DNA of 52,363 bases from a virus (Duplodnaviria > Caudoviricetes): positions 1 through 52,363 of IMG/VR virus record IMGVR_UViG_3300020461_000009; one strand, written 5' to 3'. The position numbers and the translations under genes were made by a program. Below, in pieces: positions 6,868 to 15,357 of this stretch. The notes beneath the pieces are model-generated. The model had not been told where the DNA came from. It was given only the letters and a program-made list of their open reading frames with translations, and made no database searches. How positions within the stretch are numbered: position 1 is the first letter of the stretch; every line of letters begins with the position of its first letter.

Positions 6868-7248
6868 CTATGCCTGCGAGTCTTCCGAGTCTTGCAAGTC
6901 TCCCAAGTCTTTAGCATATGGGTCTTTATCAGACCATTCAATATCACCTATTATTTGACCAAGTTGTGATGCTTCTATCTCTACGCAATCGTAATCCCAT
7001 AGATCATTACCATAATTTTTTCTGTTTTCTGGTGTATCGAAATTTTCCCAATTTTCAATAAAACTGGTATTTATCATACCCGAATCATAAAAAATTTCAT
7101 CCCAAGATACTGTTTGGATATGTGGTTCTGGTTCAATAAGAAACTGTGGACTATATCCATAAGCTTCTTCAAAGCTTTCCCAATCTCCACTACATCCAAC
7201 AAATCTCCAATTAAAAAAAGAATGTTTGTTAATAATTGCTTTAGGCAT
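6868..7248 (-). CDS. Acidic hypothetical protein, paralog of 7862-8173
   Basis: Shared IIxxxxFxxWRF...SxDxxxxxxGxIxxxxIEN pattern. Confidence 0.75.
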   Translation of the reverse strand: MPKAIINKHSFFNWRFVGCSGDWESFEEAYGYSPQFLIEPEPHIQTVSWDEIFYDSGMINTSFIENWENFDTPENRKNYGNDLWDYDCVEIEASQLGQIIGDIEWSDKDPYAKDLGDLQDSEDSQA

Positions 7249-7862
7249 TAATCTTCCTCCTTCTTATCAAGAAAAGCTGTATCAATTCCCATATGCGTAA
7301 ACTTTCTAAGGATATGGTCTTTGGTATATTCATCTGGAACATATGACATAAGAATTTGTATAGCTGTTTCATATTTGCTATTTTTTCTTTTGTCAACAGG
7401 TTGTTTAATAATATCCATGTATTCATCATTATTTTGAATACCACCTGCCACAAAGTCCCATTCGTCTTGCATATAAGATACAAAATCTAGGTATTCTTCA
7501 ATATGCTCGAAGTCAGCACCTAACCACTCGAACTCGTTATCCTCAACATAACTATAGAGAGAATCGTAATCCATATCCATAAGTTCCTGTAATAACTTTG
7601 GATTGTTAACTTTAAATTTTTCTACTGTAGTATTCTCAGTAAACGTATAAAATTCTATGCAGTTATAGAATTTATTTTTTTCTTGGCCTTCCTTTAATTT
7701 TCTACCATTATATAAATAAGGTAATTCACAGGTGGCGAGTACATAGCGTAGTGTCTCGTCTGACATCTCATAAAAGTCTTGATTGTTGTAACCTTCTTCT
7801 GGTAAATCAAGATAAACAAATTTTTTAACGATTTGTTCTTGTGTAAATGTTGTTGTTGTCAT
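7248..7862 (-). CDS. Acidic hypothetical protein
   Basis: 204-aa ORF, coupled at both ends. Confidence 0.8.
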   Translation of the reverse strand: MTTTTFTQEQIVKKFVYLDLPEEGYNNQDFYEMSDETLRYVLATCELPYLYNGRKLKEGQEKNKFYNCIEFYTFTENTTVEKFKVNNPKLLQELMDMDYDSLYSYVEDNEFEWLGADFEHIEEYLDFVSYMQDEWDFVAGGIQNNDEYMDIIKQPVDKRKNSKYETAIQILMSYVPDEYTKDHILRKFTHMGIDTAFLDKKEED

Positions 7863-8173
7863 TACTCTTCCTCCTTATTAGTCCATTCGACATAATACCA
7901 ATCTTGTTCTGGATGAGTTTCAATTTCTTCAAAGTCTCCATAATCATCAACAATTCCATATTCATCAATAAATTCCTTAGGAAGTTCATTTTCAATAATA
8001 TGGGATGGAATATAACCAGTATTAGATATTAAATCATCTAAACTAATAGTGGCTACATTTTTTTCCCCTAGTTGTTCTTCAACAATAGTATTTAGAACAT
8101 CATAATCATCAGAATCGGAGAATCTCCAATCAAGAAAAGTTTTTCTATCAATAATAAGTTTTTGTTTAGTCAT
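7862..8173 (-). CDS. Acidic hypothetical protein, paralog of 6868-7248
   Basis: Start re-called at MTKQK after CTATCTTTTATC leader. Confidence 0.75.
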   Translation of the reverse strand: MTKQKLIIDRKTFLDWRFSDSDDYDVLNTIVEEQLGEKNVATISLDDLISNTGYIPSHIIENELPKEFIDEYGIVDDYGDFEEIETHPEQDWYYVEWTNKEEE

Positions 8174-8203
8174 TTGATAAAAGATAGTTGCGTGAACATT
8201 CTT

Positions 8204-8262
8204 ACTATAGCTTATATTTTTAACTATTAGTATTATTACAGTATTTTGTAACAAATTGTTAC
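8204..8262 (-). promoter_or_regulatory. Early promoter with HLR1/RpaB-like repeat
   Basis: GTAACAAT-TT-GTTACAAA; -10 TATAGT. Confidence 0.65.
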
Positions 8263-8263
8263 A

Positions 8264-8959
8264 TTAAAATAATATTCCTTGTCTGTTTATATTATCGTAA
8301 GTATCGTATCGTACATTATCGCCTTTCGGATATGGCTCTATTGCGTAAGTTAACGAGTCTCTCATAGATTTCTTTTGCTTGCGAGTCCCTAAAAAATAAA
8401 AATATCTATGTTTTCTTGGTCGATCTAAAGTATATAATCTATCTCCATACATTTCTCTAAGTTTTAAAATTTTACCCTTTGCGAGTCCTCTGCCTACTTT
8501 GTCCATCAAAGATGCACTATGCAAGTGTTCGAGTCCCTTTACCTTATAGTCAAATCTTTTTGCTGAAAGTCCAGTATAAATAAAATTACAAGCTTGATAA
8601 ATATAACCATGATGATTAAGAGATGTATCTGCATAACTTACAACAACATTTGGTGTCGATAATTGTTTTAGGGTTTGAGATACAAAAAAAGATAAAACAT
8701 TTTTTTCTAAACCTTCATCAACAACTAATCTATTTAACTCTAAAAAAGTATCTTGAAATTTACCTGCAAAAGCATATTTAACTAGAGTATGAGCAACTGG
8801 TCTTCCGTAGCTGCAAATACCAACAATAAATTTATTTTTATATAGTCCATAAGCATAAGAAACACTTGGAATACGTTTTGCATAATGTTTTTGTGTAAAC
8901 CACTCAACATATTCATTTGTACTAAGCTTGCGAACTATATATTGATCTTTAAGTCTCAT
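8264..8959 (-). CDS. mom: Mom-family (GNAT fold) DNA adenine-modification protein
   Basis: KHY, GICSYG, LELNRL and VVSYADxxxxHxGYIYQACNFxYTG motifs match Mu Mom-like proteins. Confidence 0.75.
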   Translation of the reverse strand: MRLKDQYIVRKLSTNEYVEWFTQKHYAKRIPSVSYAYGLYKNKFIVGICSYGRPVAHTLVKYAFAGKFQDTFLELNRLVVDEGLEKNVLSFFVSQTLKQLSTPNVVVSYADTSLNHHGYIYQACNFIYTGLSAKRFDYKVKGLEHLHSASLMDKVGRGLAKGKILKLREMYGDRLYTLDRPRKHRYFYFLGTRKQKKSMRDSLTYAIEPYPKGDNVRYDTYDNINRQGILF

Positions 8960-9273
8960 TAGTCATCATAATAATCATCAATATCAATTTCCTCAAAATC
9001 AGGAATTGTATCTAATGTTTTAAGTATGTAGTCAACATGATTAGCGTTTCCATTCTCGTCATAAACATCAAAATATTCTTTATCAGACCAAGTACTATAT
9101 TCTTCTTCTTCCCAACCCTCCTCTATATATTGGTAAACAAGATGACGTTCAAACGCTTTAATGAGTTGCTCGTCTGAAAACTCTTTATCACTCTTTATGA
9201 CAAGTTTTTCTGTAAACTCTGTACCTGATAAGTTATTACCAAACACTTGCTTGCCTAGGATTAAATAATTCAT
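8959..9273 (-). CDS. Acidic hypothetical protein
   Basis: 104-aa coupled ORF. Confidence 0.75.
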   Translation of the reverse strand: MNYLILGKQVFGNNLSGTEFTEKLVIKSDKEFSDEQLIKAFERHLVYQYIEEGWEEEEYSTWSDKEYFDVYDENGNANHVDYILKTLDTIPDFEEIDIDDYYDD

Positions 9274-9500
9274 TGTGCTACCTCCTCTGGTACTCTTTTC
9301 ATAATTACATCATTTGCAAGTTGCCAAATAATTTGGTGGATAAGTTTACCTTTAAAATCTTCAAAAGGTTGCCAAGAATTATCTTCTAAGTGTTTAAGCT
9401 GTTCATCAATTGTTAATTTAAAAAAGCTATCAGGTACATCATCATCTAAATAATGACCTGATGCCCATTGATAAACTTTTTGCTCATAAGTTAGTGTCAT
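9270..9500 (-). CDS. Hypothetical protein
   Basis: 76-aa ORF with AGGA SD. Confidence 0.75.
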   Translation of the reverse strand: MTLTYEQKVYQWASGHYLDDDVPDSFFKLTIDEQLKHLEDNSWQPFEDFKGKLIHQIIWQLANDVIMKRVPEEVAQ

Positions 9501-9511
9501 TGTTTAATCTC

Positions 9512-9697
9512 CTATGAATTTTGATTAACAATATCCCATGTAGAGATAAAGCTTTCTAGCCAGTAAGCTTGATTACCTGTAAGTCTGTCTTTGGTGTCCG
9601 CACTATGAAGTAAATCACTAGCGCATCTATGTGGAAAATGATTTTTCTTGCACCAAGCTTCAAGTACATCACATAGAAATAACATTTCTCTTGTCAT
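9512..9697 (-). CDS. Hypothetical protein
   Basis: 61-aa ORF, ATGA coupling. Confidence 0.7.
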   Translation of the reverse strand: MTREMLFLCDVLEAWCKKNHFPHRCASDLLHSADTKDRLTGNQAYWLESFISTWDIVNQNS

Positions 9698-9891
9698 TCT
9701 TCCTCCTCCTCGTCATCATAGTCATCTTCTTCTTTGAGTTCTAACTCTCCAATAGATGATTCTCTTATAAGATCAATAACATCAACAAGTGCATCTGAAA
9801 ATTCTTCATTCTCACTTGTATCTGGTGCATCATAACAAGACGCATAATTATAGATAGCTTTATCTATATATTCATAAAGTTTAATCGCCAT
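9694..9891 (-). CDS. Very acidic small protein
   Basis: 65 aa with a poly-D/E tail. Confidence 0.7.
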   Translation of the reverse strand: MAIKLYEYIDKAIYNYASCYDAPDTSENEEFSDALVDVIDLIRESSIGELELKEEDDYDDEEEEE

Positions 9892-10232
9892 TACACTACC
9901 TCCTCCTCACAACAAGGGCATAATGGTGGAACAATAGGCTCTTTTGTTAACATTGCGACTAAAAACATTATTGATGCTTTAGCAGGTGTTAACTCATTGT
10001 TCATAAGCAAAGAAACGTGATTATCAACAAACTCTATTCTGTCTTGAAAAACAGTAACAGCCGTATCTCTGTCGCCTTCTATTTGCATAAATAAGAAACC
10101 CTGCTCATTTGTTTCATTATGCTTTACCCAACAAGGATAAAATTCATCTATATCTAAGTCGGCCATATGCAAGCCATGAGATAAATGATCTATAAAAGTT
10201 TGCACGTTTGATGGTGTTTTTCTTCTTGGCAT
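9891..10232 (-). CDS. Hypothetical protein
   Basis: Start re-called at MPRRK; C-terminal CPCC. Confidence 0.7.
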   Translation of the reverse strand: MPRRKTPSNVQTFIDHLSHGLHMADLDIDEFYPCWVKHNETNEQGFLFMQIEGDRDTAVTVFQDRIEFVDNHVSLLMNNELTPAKASIMFLVAMLTKEPIVPPLCPCCEEEVV

Positions 10233-10234
10233 GA

Positions 10235-10588
10235 TTAATACTCCTCTGGAAATAAAATAACTGTGTTGCAATAATCTTGCTCGGAAAACTGAGTCAAGTC
10301 CATGTCATCTTTCGTAAGACCATAACCTGATGTAATAATCCAAATAGTTTTGTTGTCTTGTAATTTATAAACAGAATGTAATCTGCCACCATTACTACTT
10401 CTAACTACCTGATTGTTAGTCTCTGCGTCTTCTGGTGCTAGATCTCCCCAATCTCCGTTAGCGTGTAGCATAACTTTTGATCTAATGTCTAACTCTCTAG
10501 CGGAATTAAATAATTGATACTCGTTAACTTTCTGAGAGAAAGCTAGTGTACCGAGTAATTTTCTTTTAGGTTTAACTGATGTTGTCAT
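10235..10588 (-). CDS. Conserved plasmid/phage hypothetical protein (HxxGDWGD...IWIIT...TVILFPEEY family)
   Basis: Motifs typical of a widespread mobile-element protein family of unknown function. Confidence 0.75.
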   Translation of the reverse strand: MTTSVKPKRKLLGTLAFSQKVNEYQLFNSARELDIRSKVMLHANGDWGDLAPEDAETNNQVVRSSNGGRLHSVYKLQDNKTIWIITSGYGLTKDDMDLTQFSEQDYCNTVILFPEEY

Positions 10589-10617
10589 TGATAAAGATAA
10601 AGATAAAGTACATTTTT

Positions 10618-10669
10618 AATGTACAGGATAAGTTAGTACTTTTGTAGTACTTTGTTACAAAATCGTAAC
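10618..10669 (-). promoter_or_regulatory. Early promoter with HLR1-like repeat (3-nt spacer)
   Basis: GTTACGAT-TTT-GTAACAAA; -10 TACATT. Confidence 0.5.
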
Positions 10670-10671
10670 AA

Positions 10672-10893
10672 TTAACTTTGGCTATCTTGAAATAACTGGT
10701 CGATAGCTTTTTCTAATAGCTGACTTGCTAGGACACTATGTTGTACAGGGTCAGTTTTAACTCCTCCATGCAAGTCCCAAGCCCTGCCACAAGTAGGGCA
10801 AGCCTTGTATTTGTAACCATTGGCGAGTGCTTTTAGTTTTGTTAATGTAGATTCTTCTACTCGGCAATTAACTTGTTGCCTTTGATTTGACAT
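10672..10893 (-). CDS. Putative ribbon-helix-helix regulator with a CxxC insertion
   Basis: QVNCRVEESTLTKLKALA (strand + helix), CPTC, then SQLLEKAIDQL (helix 2). Confidence 0.5.
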   Translation of the reverse strand: MSNQRQQVNCRVEESTLTKLKALANGYKYKACPTCGRAWDLHGGVKTDPVQHSVLASQLLEKAIDQLFQDSQS

Positions 10894-10918
10894 AGTTGAT
10901 AAAATATAAACTACTGTT

Positions 10919-10947
10919 ATAATACTCGATACTTACTTAGTAGTCAA
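10919..10947 (-). promoter_or_regulatory. Sigma70-type promoter
   Basis: TTGACT-N17-TATTAT. Confidence 0.6.
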
Positions 10948-10948
10948 C

Positions 10949-11728
10949 CTACCAAGTCTTTTTCCATGTATCTTTAATAGCTGTAGCCCAACTTGGTGCG
11001 ATTGACGTTCTGCCAATTTTATCTTGCAAGTCTTTATCTAAAACCTTAACAACGATTCCGTCAGTTGGATAGCGACTAAATATCAACGAGTCTTGCCATT
11101 GACTATGTAACTTCTTAACTCTATTTACAACATCTTTATCTATTTTAATGTAACCACAAACATGAAAACCCCACTTAACAAGTTGTTGTAGGTTAGAGAC
11201 TTCTGTACCCTTGGCATCAAATATTTGAAAAGCACAAAAAGACAAGCCCATGCCTGATGGTTGCTTCTTGCGTAAATGACCTGCTGCGAGTCTCTGTGAT
11301 CTAGCAGGTATAAGCCCTTTGCCATATAACTCTCCTCTAATATCAACAGTACCTTTTGCAATAATATGTTTCGGTAAATCCTCAATCATTCTCATGCAAT
11401 ATGTTTTATCTATACCCTTGCGAGTCCATGCTTTAACTAATAAACCATCTACATATCTAACAGCCATAGCGCAGCCATCTATCTTAGGCTCAACAATTAC
11501 AGGTGTATTTTTTGGTAAATAAGAATACCACTCTGCAAAAGGTAAAGTACCAAGTCCTGATAATACACAACCTTCTTCTACTTTCTTAAGTGCAGGGTGT
11601 TTTGGGTTAGATTTTATAAGTGCTTGTTTTATCGCATCAAATTGTTTGTCAGATATTATTGATCTACCTGCTCTATAAAGATCATTGTGATATAAAAATT
11701 CTTTTGCTAATTCGTCTGCGATTGACAT
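10949..11728 (-). CDS. NAD-dependent DNA ligase, adenylation (Ia + NTase) domain only
   Basis: HNDLY...ISDKQFD (Ia), EPKIDG active Lys, IRGEL, YPTDGIVVKV; ends at WATAIK before the OB fold. Confidence 0.85.
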   Translation of the reverse strand: MSIADELAKEFLYHNDLYRAGRSIISDKQFDAIKQALIKSNPKHPALKKVEEGCVLSGLGTLPFAEWYSYLPKNTPVIVEPKIDGCAMAVRYVDGLLVKAWTRKGIDKTYCMRMIEDLPKHIIAKGTVDIRGELYGKGLIPARSQRLAAGHLRKKQPSGMGLSFCAFQIFDAKGTEVSNLQQLVKWGFHVCGYIKIDKDVVNRVKKLHSQWQDSLIFSRYPTDGIVVKVLDKDLQDKIGRTSIAPSWATAIKDTWKKTW

Positions 11729-11767
11729 AGTTGTGATAAAGATAATAATACTATTATAGTATTAAAC

Positions 11768-12535
11768 CTATTGCTTTGCAAGTCTTTTTATCTCTTCTTT
11801 CCAATATTTGTAAAATCTATCATCTGCAAGTTTTTCTACTCTCATCTTAAATGTTGCCTGTGGCTTTTGTCTTGGAGTTGGTTTAAACATGAACAATGGT
11901 CGCAAAAATGATCTGTACTTACCATCACTCGGTGTTTGTTCTCTGTAGATACCTCTCCTGTATTTACTGCCATCACTTTTAAAAGCTATTACTCTTGCGT
12001 CTTGAATTTTTCCATTTTTTCTTGATCTAGGTGGTGTTACTTTATCTCTTGTTTGACCAAGTGCAATCATAGTATTTGAGTAAGTTGATTTTGTGACCCT
12101 ATTATTTTTTCCCATTTTTATTAATGGATTATCTCTTACTGCAAATGGATAATCACCTTGATTCATATAACTTCTATTTTTTAAAAATTGAGTAAATAAA
12201 GTTCCATATGCTTTTGTTGAACCTCCACCTATAGGGGGATAAAGATATTTGCCTGCTGGATTACCTTTGCCAGTTGTATCTTTAACTCCAACAAATAAAC
12301 TTAATCCACTTTGCTTTGTAAAAGTACTATTTAATGTAAAAAAAACAGCACTTTCAAAAGGTTTAAACCCATGTTTACCTAAATATGTTTGAGCTATTAA
12401 TCCATTTTTACCTTTTAATTCCTTTCCAAGTTTTGTTAAAGTTCTTTTTGCAGCAAATTCAGACTGACTTTTTTCATAAACATTAAGTCTTTTTTTGATT
12501 TTACTGAAGTCATATATTATGGCTGCACTTTTCAT
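11768..12535 (-). CDS. Basic protein, possibly tail-completion/neck-type family
   Basis: AAKRTLT...F...FTLNS pattern recalled from lambda-like phages; located away from the structural block. Confidence 0.4.
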   Translation of the reverse strand: MKSAAIIYDFSKIKKRLNVYEKSQSEFAAKRTLTKLGKELKGKNGLIAQTYLGKHGFKPFESAVFFTLNSTFTKQSGLSLFVGVKDTTGKGNPAGKYLYPPIGGGSTKAYGTLFTQFLKNRSYMNQGDYPFAVRDNPLIKMGKNNRVTKSTYSNTMIALGQTRDKVTPPRSRKNGKIQDARVIAFKSDGSKYRRGIYREQTPSDGKYRSFLRPLFMFKPTPRQKPQATFKMRVEKLADDRFYKYWKEEIKRLAKQ

Positions 12536-12583
12536 ATCGAGTCTTGTTTTTTATATATTAGCAAGTCTTAAAGTGTGAGACTA

Positions 12584-12780
12584 GGTGTTTATTAGGTGTC
12601 CATAGTGTCCTATGTGTGCCGACCTTCCCTATAGAGTTTCCTAAACCCCTATTTTTCCCCTATATACTCCCTATACTCCCTCTCCCTTTACTTAATATAC
12701 TTTATAGTAAAAGGTATAGACACTATAGACACGCTTCATATCGCAAGTCCTGACATTGTTTGCGGTGTCCATAGCGTGTA
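12584..12780. other. Candidate replication origin with iterons
   Basis: GGTGTCCATAG at 12595 and 12764; inverted TATAGACAC copies at 12715 and 12724; CCCTAT repeats 12627-12675; directly downstream of the primase-helicase. Confidence 0.6.
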
Positions 12781-12786
12781 CTAACC

Positions 12787-14946
12787 TCACACAGAGGTTA
12801 AGACACGCTCCGAGTCTCGAATGTAGACCCATTTGCGACAGCCCCTACTTCCTCTGCGCTTTTTTTCGTAGCCTAGATTCTTTAAAATCGTTGCAACTTG
12901 CATTTGATCGTATCTTGTTTGTCTTTCGATTGGCTTTTCAATAGCTTCAGATAAAACAAGTTCCGTTGTTAATTCTCTATGAAAGTTTTGTGGTGTTTCG
13001 CAGAAAGATTCGATAACAGCTTTCCAAGGCGATTCGATTAAATAATCTAAATTTTCCTCATTTACCTTTAATTCGTTTTCTTTTGTAAGATATGTAGTCT
13101 CGCCGTTCTTGTAAGCCATCACGACAGCCGACCATATCGAGTCTCTCTCTGCAAGTAAACTTTCGCAATCTATAGGGTTTTCTATTCCAATATTTTCCCC
13201 TAACTTGATTATCCAAAATCTACGATTCCCAGTCTCATCAACTAGGAATCCGTCATGTCTGTTCGTACTTCCCACGATGATTCCTCTTCTAGGAAATGCC
13301 TCAGTAACTTTGCCATAAGGAACTCTAAAAACATCTATTTCTTGAGATAAAAAAGATTTTATCTCCCCTGCCATTTTTTTAGATGTTACGGCCTCCAATT
13401 CGGCCATCTCACATATCCAACTACGATGCAAGATCATAAGCGAGTCTTTTCCGTTAATATCTCTAAGTCCATCACTAAAAAACTCTCCTCCCAAAACAGA
13501 CCAAAATGTAGATTTTCTTGACCCTTGTTCTCCTAACAAAACACAGGCATTATCAAATTTATGTGGTGGTTCATAGGCTCTTGTTACTGCTGCAATAAGA
13601 GTTTTTTTCAACATATCATCATAGATAGTTGGTTCTGGAAGATGTGCATCTTCTGGTCTTAAGTAAGTACTTGCGAGTCTGTCGATATAAGCAGGCGATA
13701 CTGTTTTATAAACTTTATTCAAATAATTAACTACAGGATTGTATTCATATTCTCTTGCTATCTGCACAACACAATCAAATGCTGTATCCTTATTACATTT
13801 ATAGCCTTGTCTTGCAAGTTCAAGATAATATCTATCTATAGAAGTTGACCCCTGACAAACTTCTCCATTTAATTCTATTTGTTGAGTAAATATGTTGTAT
13901 CTAAAAGCGTGTTCGCCATTGTCTCTGCGAGTCTTTAACAGATTTAATAATTCATTAGCTTCTATTTTTTGTAATTTATCTGAGTGAACTAATGTAGGAT
14001 TATCTGGATTATCTGGATTTATAACCTTCATTACCTTTGGCGGCTTGTAACCATGTTGCATCGCCCAGTACCAAAAGCTATTAGCTTCTATTTTTTGTCC
14101 TCCAGACTTAGCAACTTGATCGAGTCCTCCCCATGCTGGCGAGTGTTCTCTCATAAGACTTATTGCATCAGCAGAACTCTTGCCTGCATCTTCGCAAGCT
14201 TTTATAAGACCCCATAAAATATTGCGATACATATGATATGTGTTCGAGCCGGGTGTTCTTGGTGGTATGTGTGCGAGTGCTTTTTGTACTGTTGCAAAAT
14301 CTTCTTTACGATATTCTTTAAACTCTACAGATTCTTTATTTTTTTCATATTGTCTTTTTGTTGGCAAACATTTTTCTAAATCTTTTACTGTATATTTTTT
14401 ATCTGATGTATGAATAATTTTAGTCATACCACCATGAGTGCCATCATCTCTCATATGAAAAGTTCCCGGCAGACGCATTACTCTTGATGGGTTTTTCAAA
14501 GCCCTATCTGCATCTGCATAGTCCAATAATCTCTCTTGTATAGGCTTCCAAGTCTCTGGGTCTATGGCTTTTTTTAATATCCAATAATTATGAATAGATT
14601 TACCGCCTGTATCAATCTGAATACTAGGCTCTGGCAAACCTAGTTCCTTCCACGCATTAATTTGCCAATATTTTTCCTTATCATCCCATTCTACAAAGAA
14701 GGCTCGGCATCCTGTTATTGAAGAATCTGTATCTTCTCCATCATTAATTACAAGATAAACACCTCTACCTTCTTCTTGACAATGTTTAATCCAATCTCCA
14801 TTTGCGTTAGATTTTTTACCACGATCTCTTTCTTTTAGTGGATGACCTTTAGGAAAGAATGATCTTAAACGAACTTTACGAATATCTTTTCCAAGAAGTT
14901 CTAAAAATGACCGCCATTGGCTGCGGTCTAACTCAAATGCAGACAT
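12787..14946 (-). CDS. Primase-helicase: RepB-like primase + PriCT-2 + VapE/VirE P-loop domain
   Basis: FFVEWDD, TGGKSIHNYW, NPSRVMRLPG (primase); GEQGSRKST Walker A; ETGNRRFW (VapE). Confidence 0.85.
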   Translation of the reverse strand: MSAFELDRSQWRSFLELLGKDIRKVRLRSFFPKGHPLKERDRGKKSNANGDWIKHCQEEGRGVYLVINDGEDTDSSITGCRAFFVEWDDKEKYWQINAWKELGLPEPSIQIDTGGKSIHNYWILKKAIDPETWKPIQERLLDYADADRALKNPSRVMRLPGTFHMRDDGTHGGMTKIIHTSDKKYTVKDLEKCLPTKRQYEKNKESVEFKEYRKEDFATVQKALAHIPPRTPGSNTYHMYRNILWGLIKACEDAGKSSADAISLMREHSPAWGGLDQVAKSGGQKIEANSFWYWAMQHGYKPPKVMKVINPDNPDNPTLVHSDKLQKIEANELLNLLKTRRDNGEHAFRYNIFTQQIELNGEVCQGSTSIDRYYLELARQGYKCNKDTAFDCVVQIAREYEYNPVVNYLNKVYKTVSPAYIDRLASTYLRPEDAHLPEPTIYDDMLKKTLIAAVTRAYEPPHKFDNACVLLGEQGSRKSTFWSVLGGEFFSDGLRDINGKDSLMILHRSWICEMAELEAVTSKKMAGEIKSFLSQEIDVFRVPYGKVTEAFPRRGIIVGSTNRHDGFLVDETGNRRFWIIKLGENIGIENPIDCESLLAERDSIWSAVVMAYKNGETTYLTKENELKVNEENLDYLIESPWKAVIESFCETPQNFHRELTTELVLSEAIEKPIERQTRYDQMQVATILKNLGYEKKRRGSRGCRKWVYIRDSERVLTSV

Positions 14947-14972
14947 AAAGATAATAGGTATGTTTAAAAGCG

Positions 14973-15329
14973 TTAGTTAACCTTGAGTATTTCTAAGGCA
15001 TCTCTTACGTTACGAGCTACCCCTGTAATTCCTCCAGCTTTCTTAACAGCTTGAAGCCAATTATGTTGGTTTTTTGAGAGTTGTCCAGTATTTGTTTTAA
15101 CTTCGACACTACAAAAAACTGCCAAGTCTTGTCCTATCATCTCAGGAGTAACCTTGATAGTCTTAAAACCAATAAGGTCAGAACTACCCTTTGCCAGCCC
15201 AAACTGTACCCATCTCCCTGTTCTAGGATCTGGAAGTTTTCCAGTTTCGTTGCGAAATAAACGTAAATCAGAATGTTGTCCAAGAGCTAACCTTATATTT
15301 TGTTGTAAAACTGTCTCTTGGTTTGACAT
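14973..15329 (-). CDS. VRR-NUC domain nuclease
   Basis: FGLAKGSSDLIG...EVKT.TG.LS..Q..W motif. Confidence 0.85.
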   Translation of the reverse strand: MSNQETVLQQNIRLALGQHSDLRLFRNETGKLPDPRTGRWVQFGLAKGSSDLIGFKTIKVTPEMIGQDLAVFCSVEVKTNTGQLSKNQHNWLQAVKKAGGITGVARNVRDALEILKVN

Positions 15330-15357
15330 CTAACGATGTAGTTTTTTCCATAATACA

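Noticed and set aside
7241-7483. Alternative-frame ORFs (also 11140-11385, 20486-20668, 25435-25623, 33282-33563, 46222-46467)
   Set aside because: Nested in better-supported genes on the same strand, with no recognisable motifs
8301-8314. Single GTA-N8-TAC inside the 3' end of the Mom-like gene
   Set aside because: Isolated 6-bp matches are expected many times by chance at this composition
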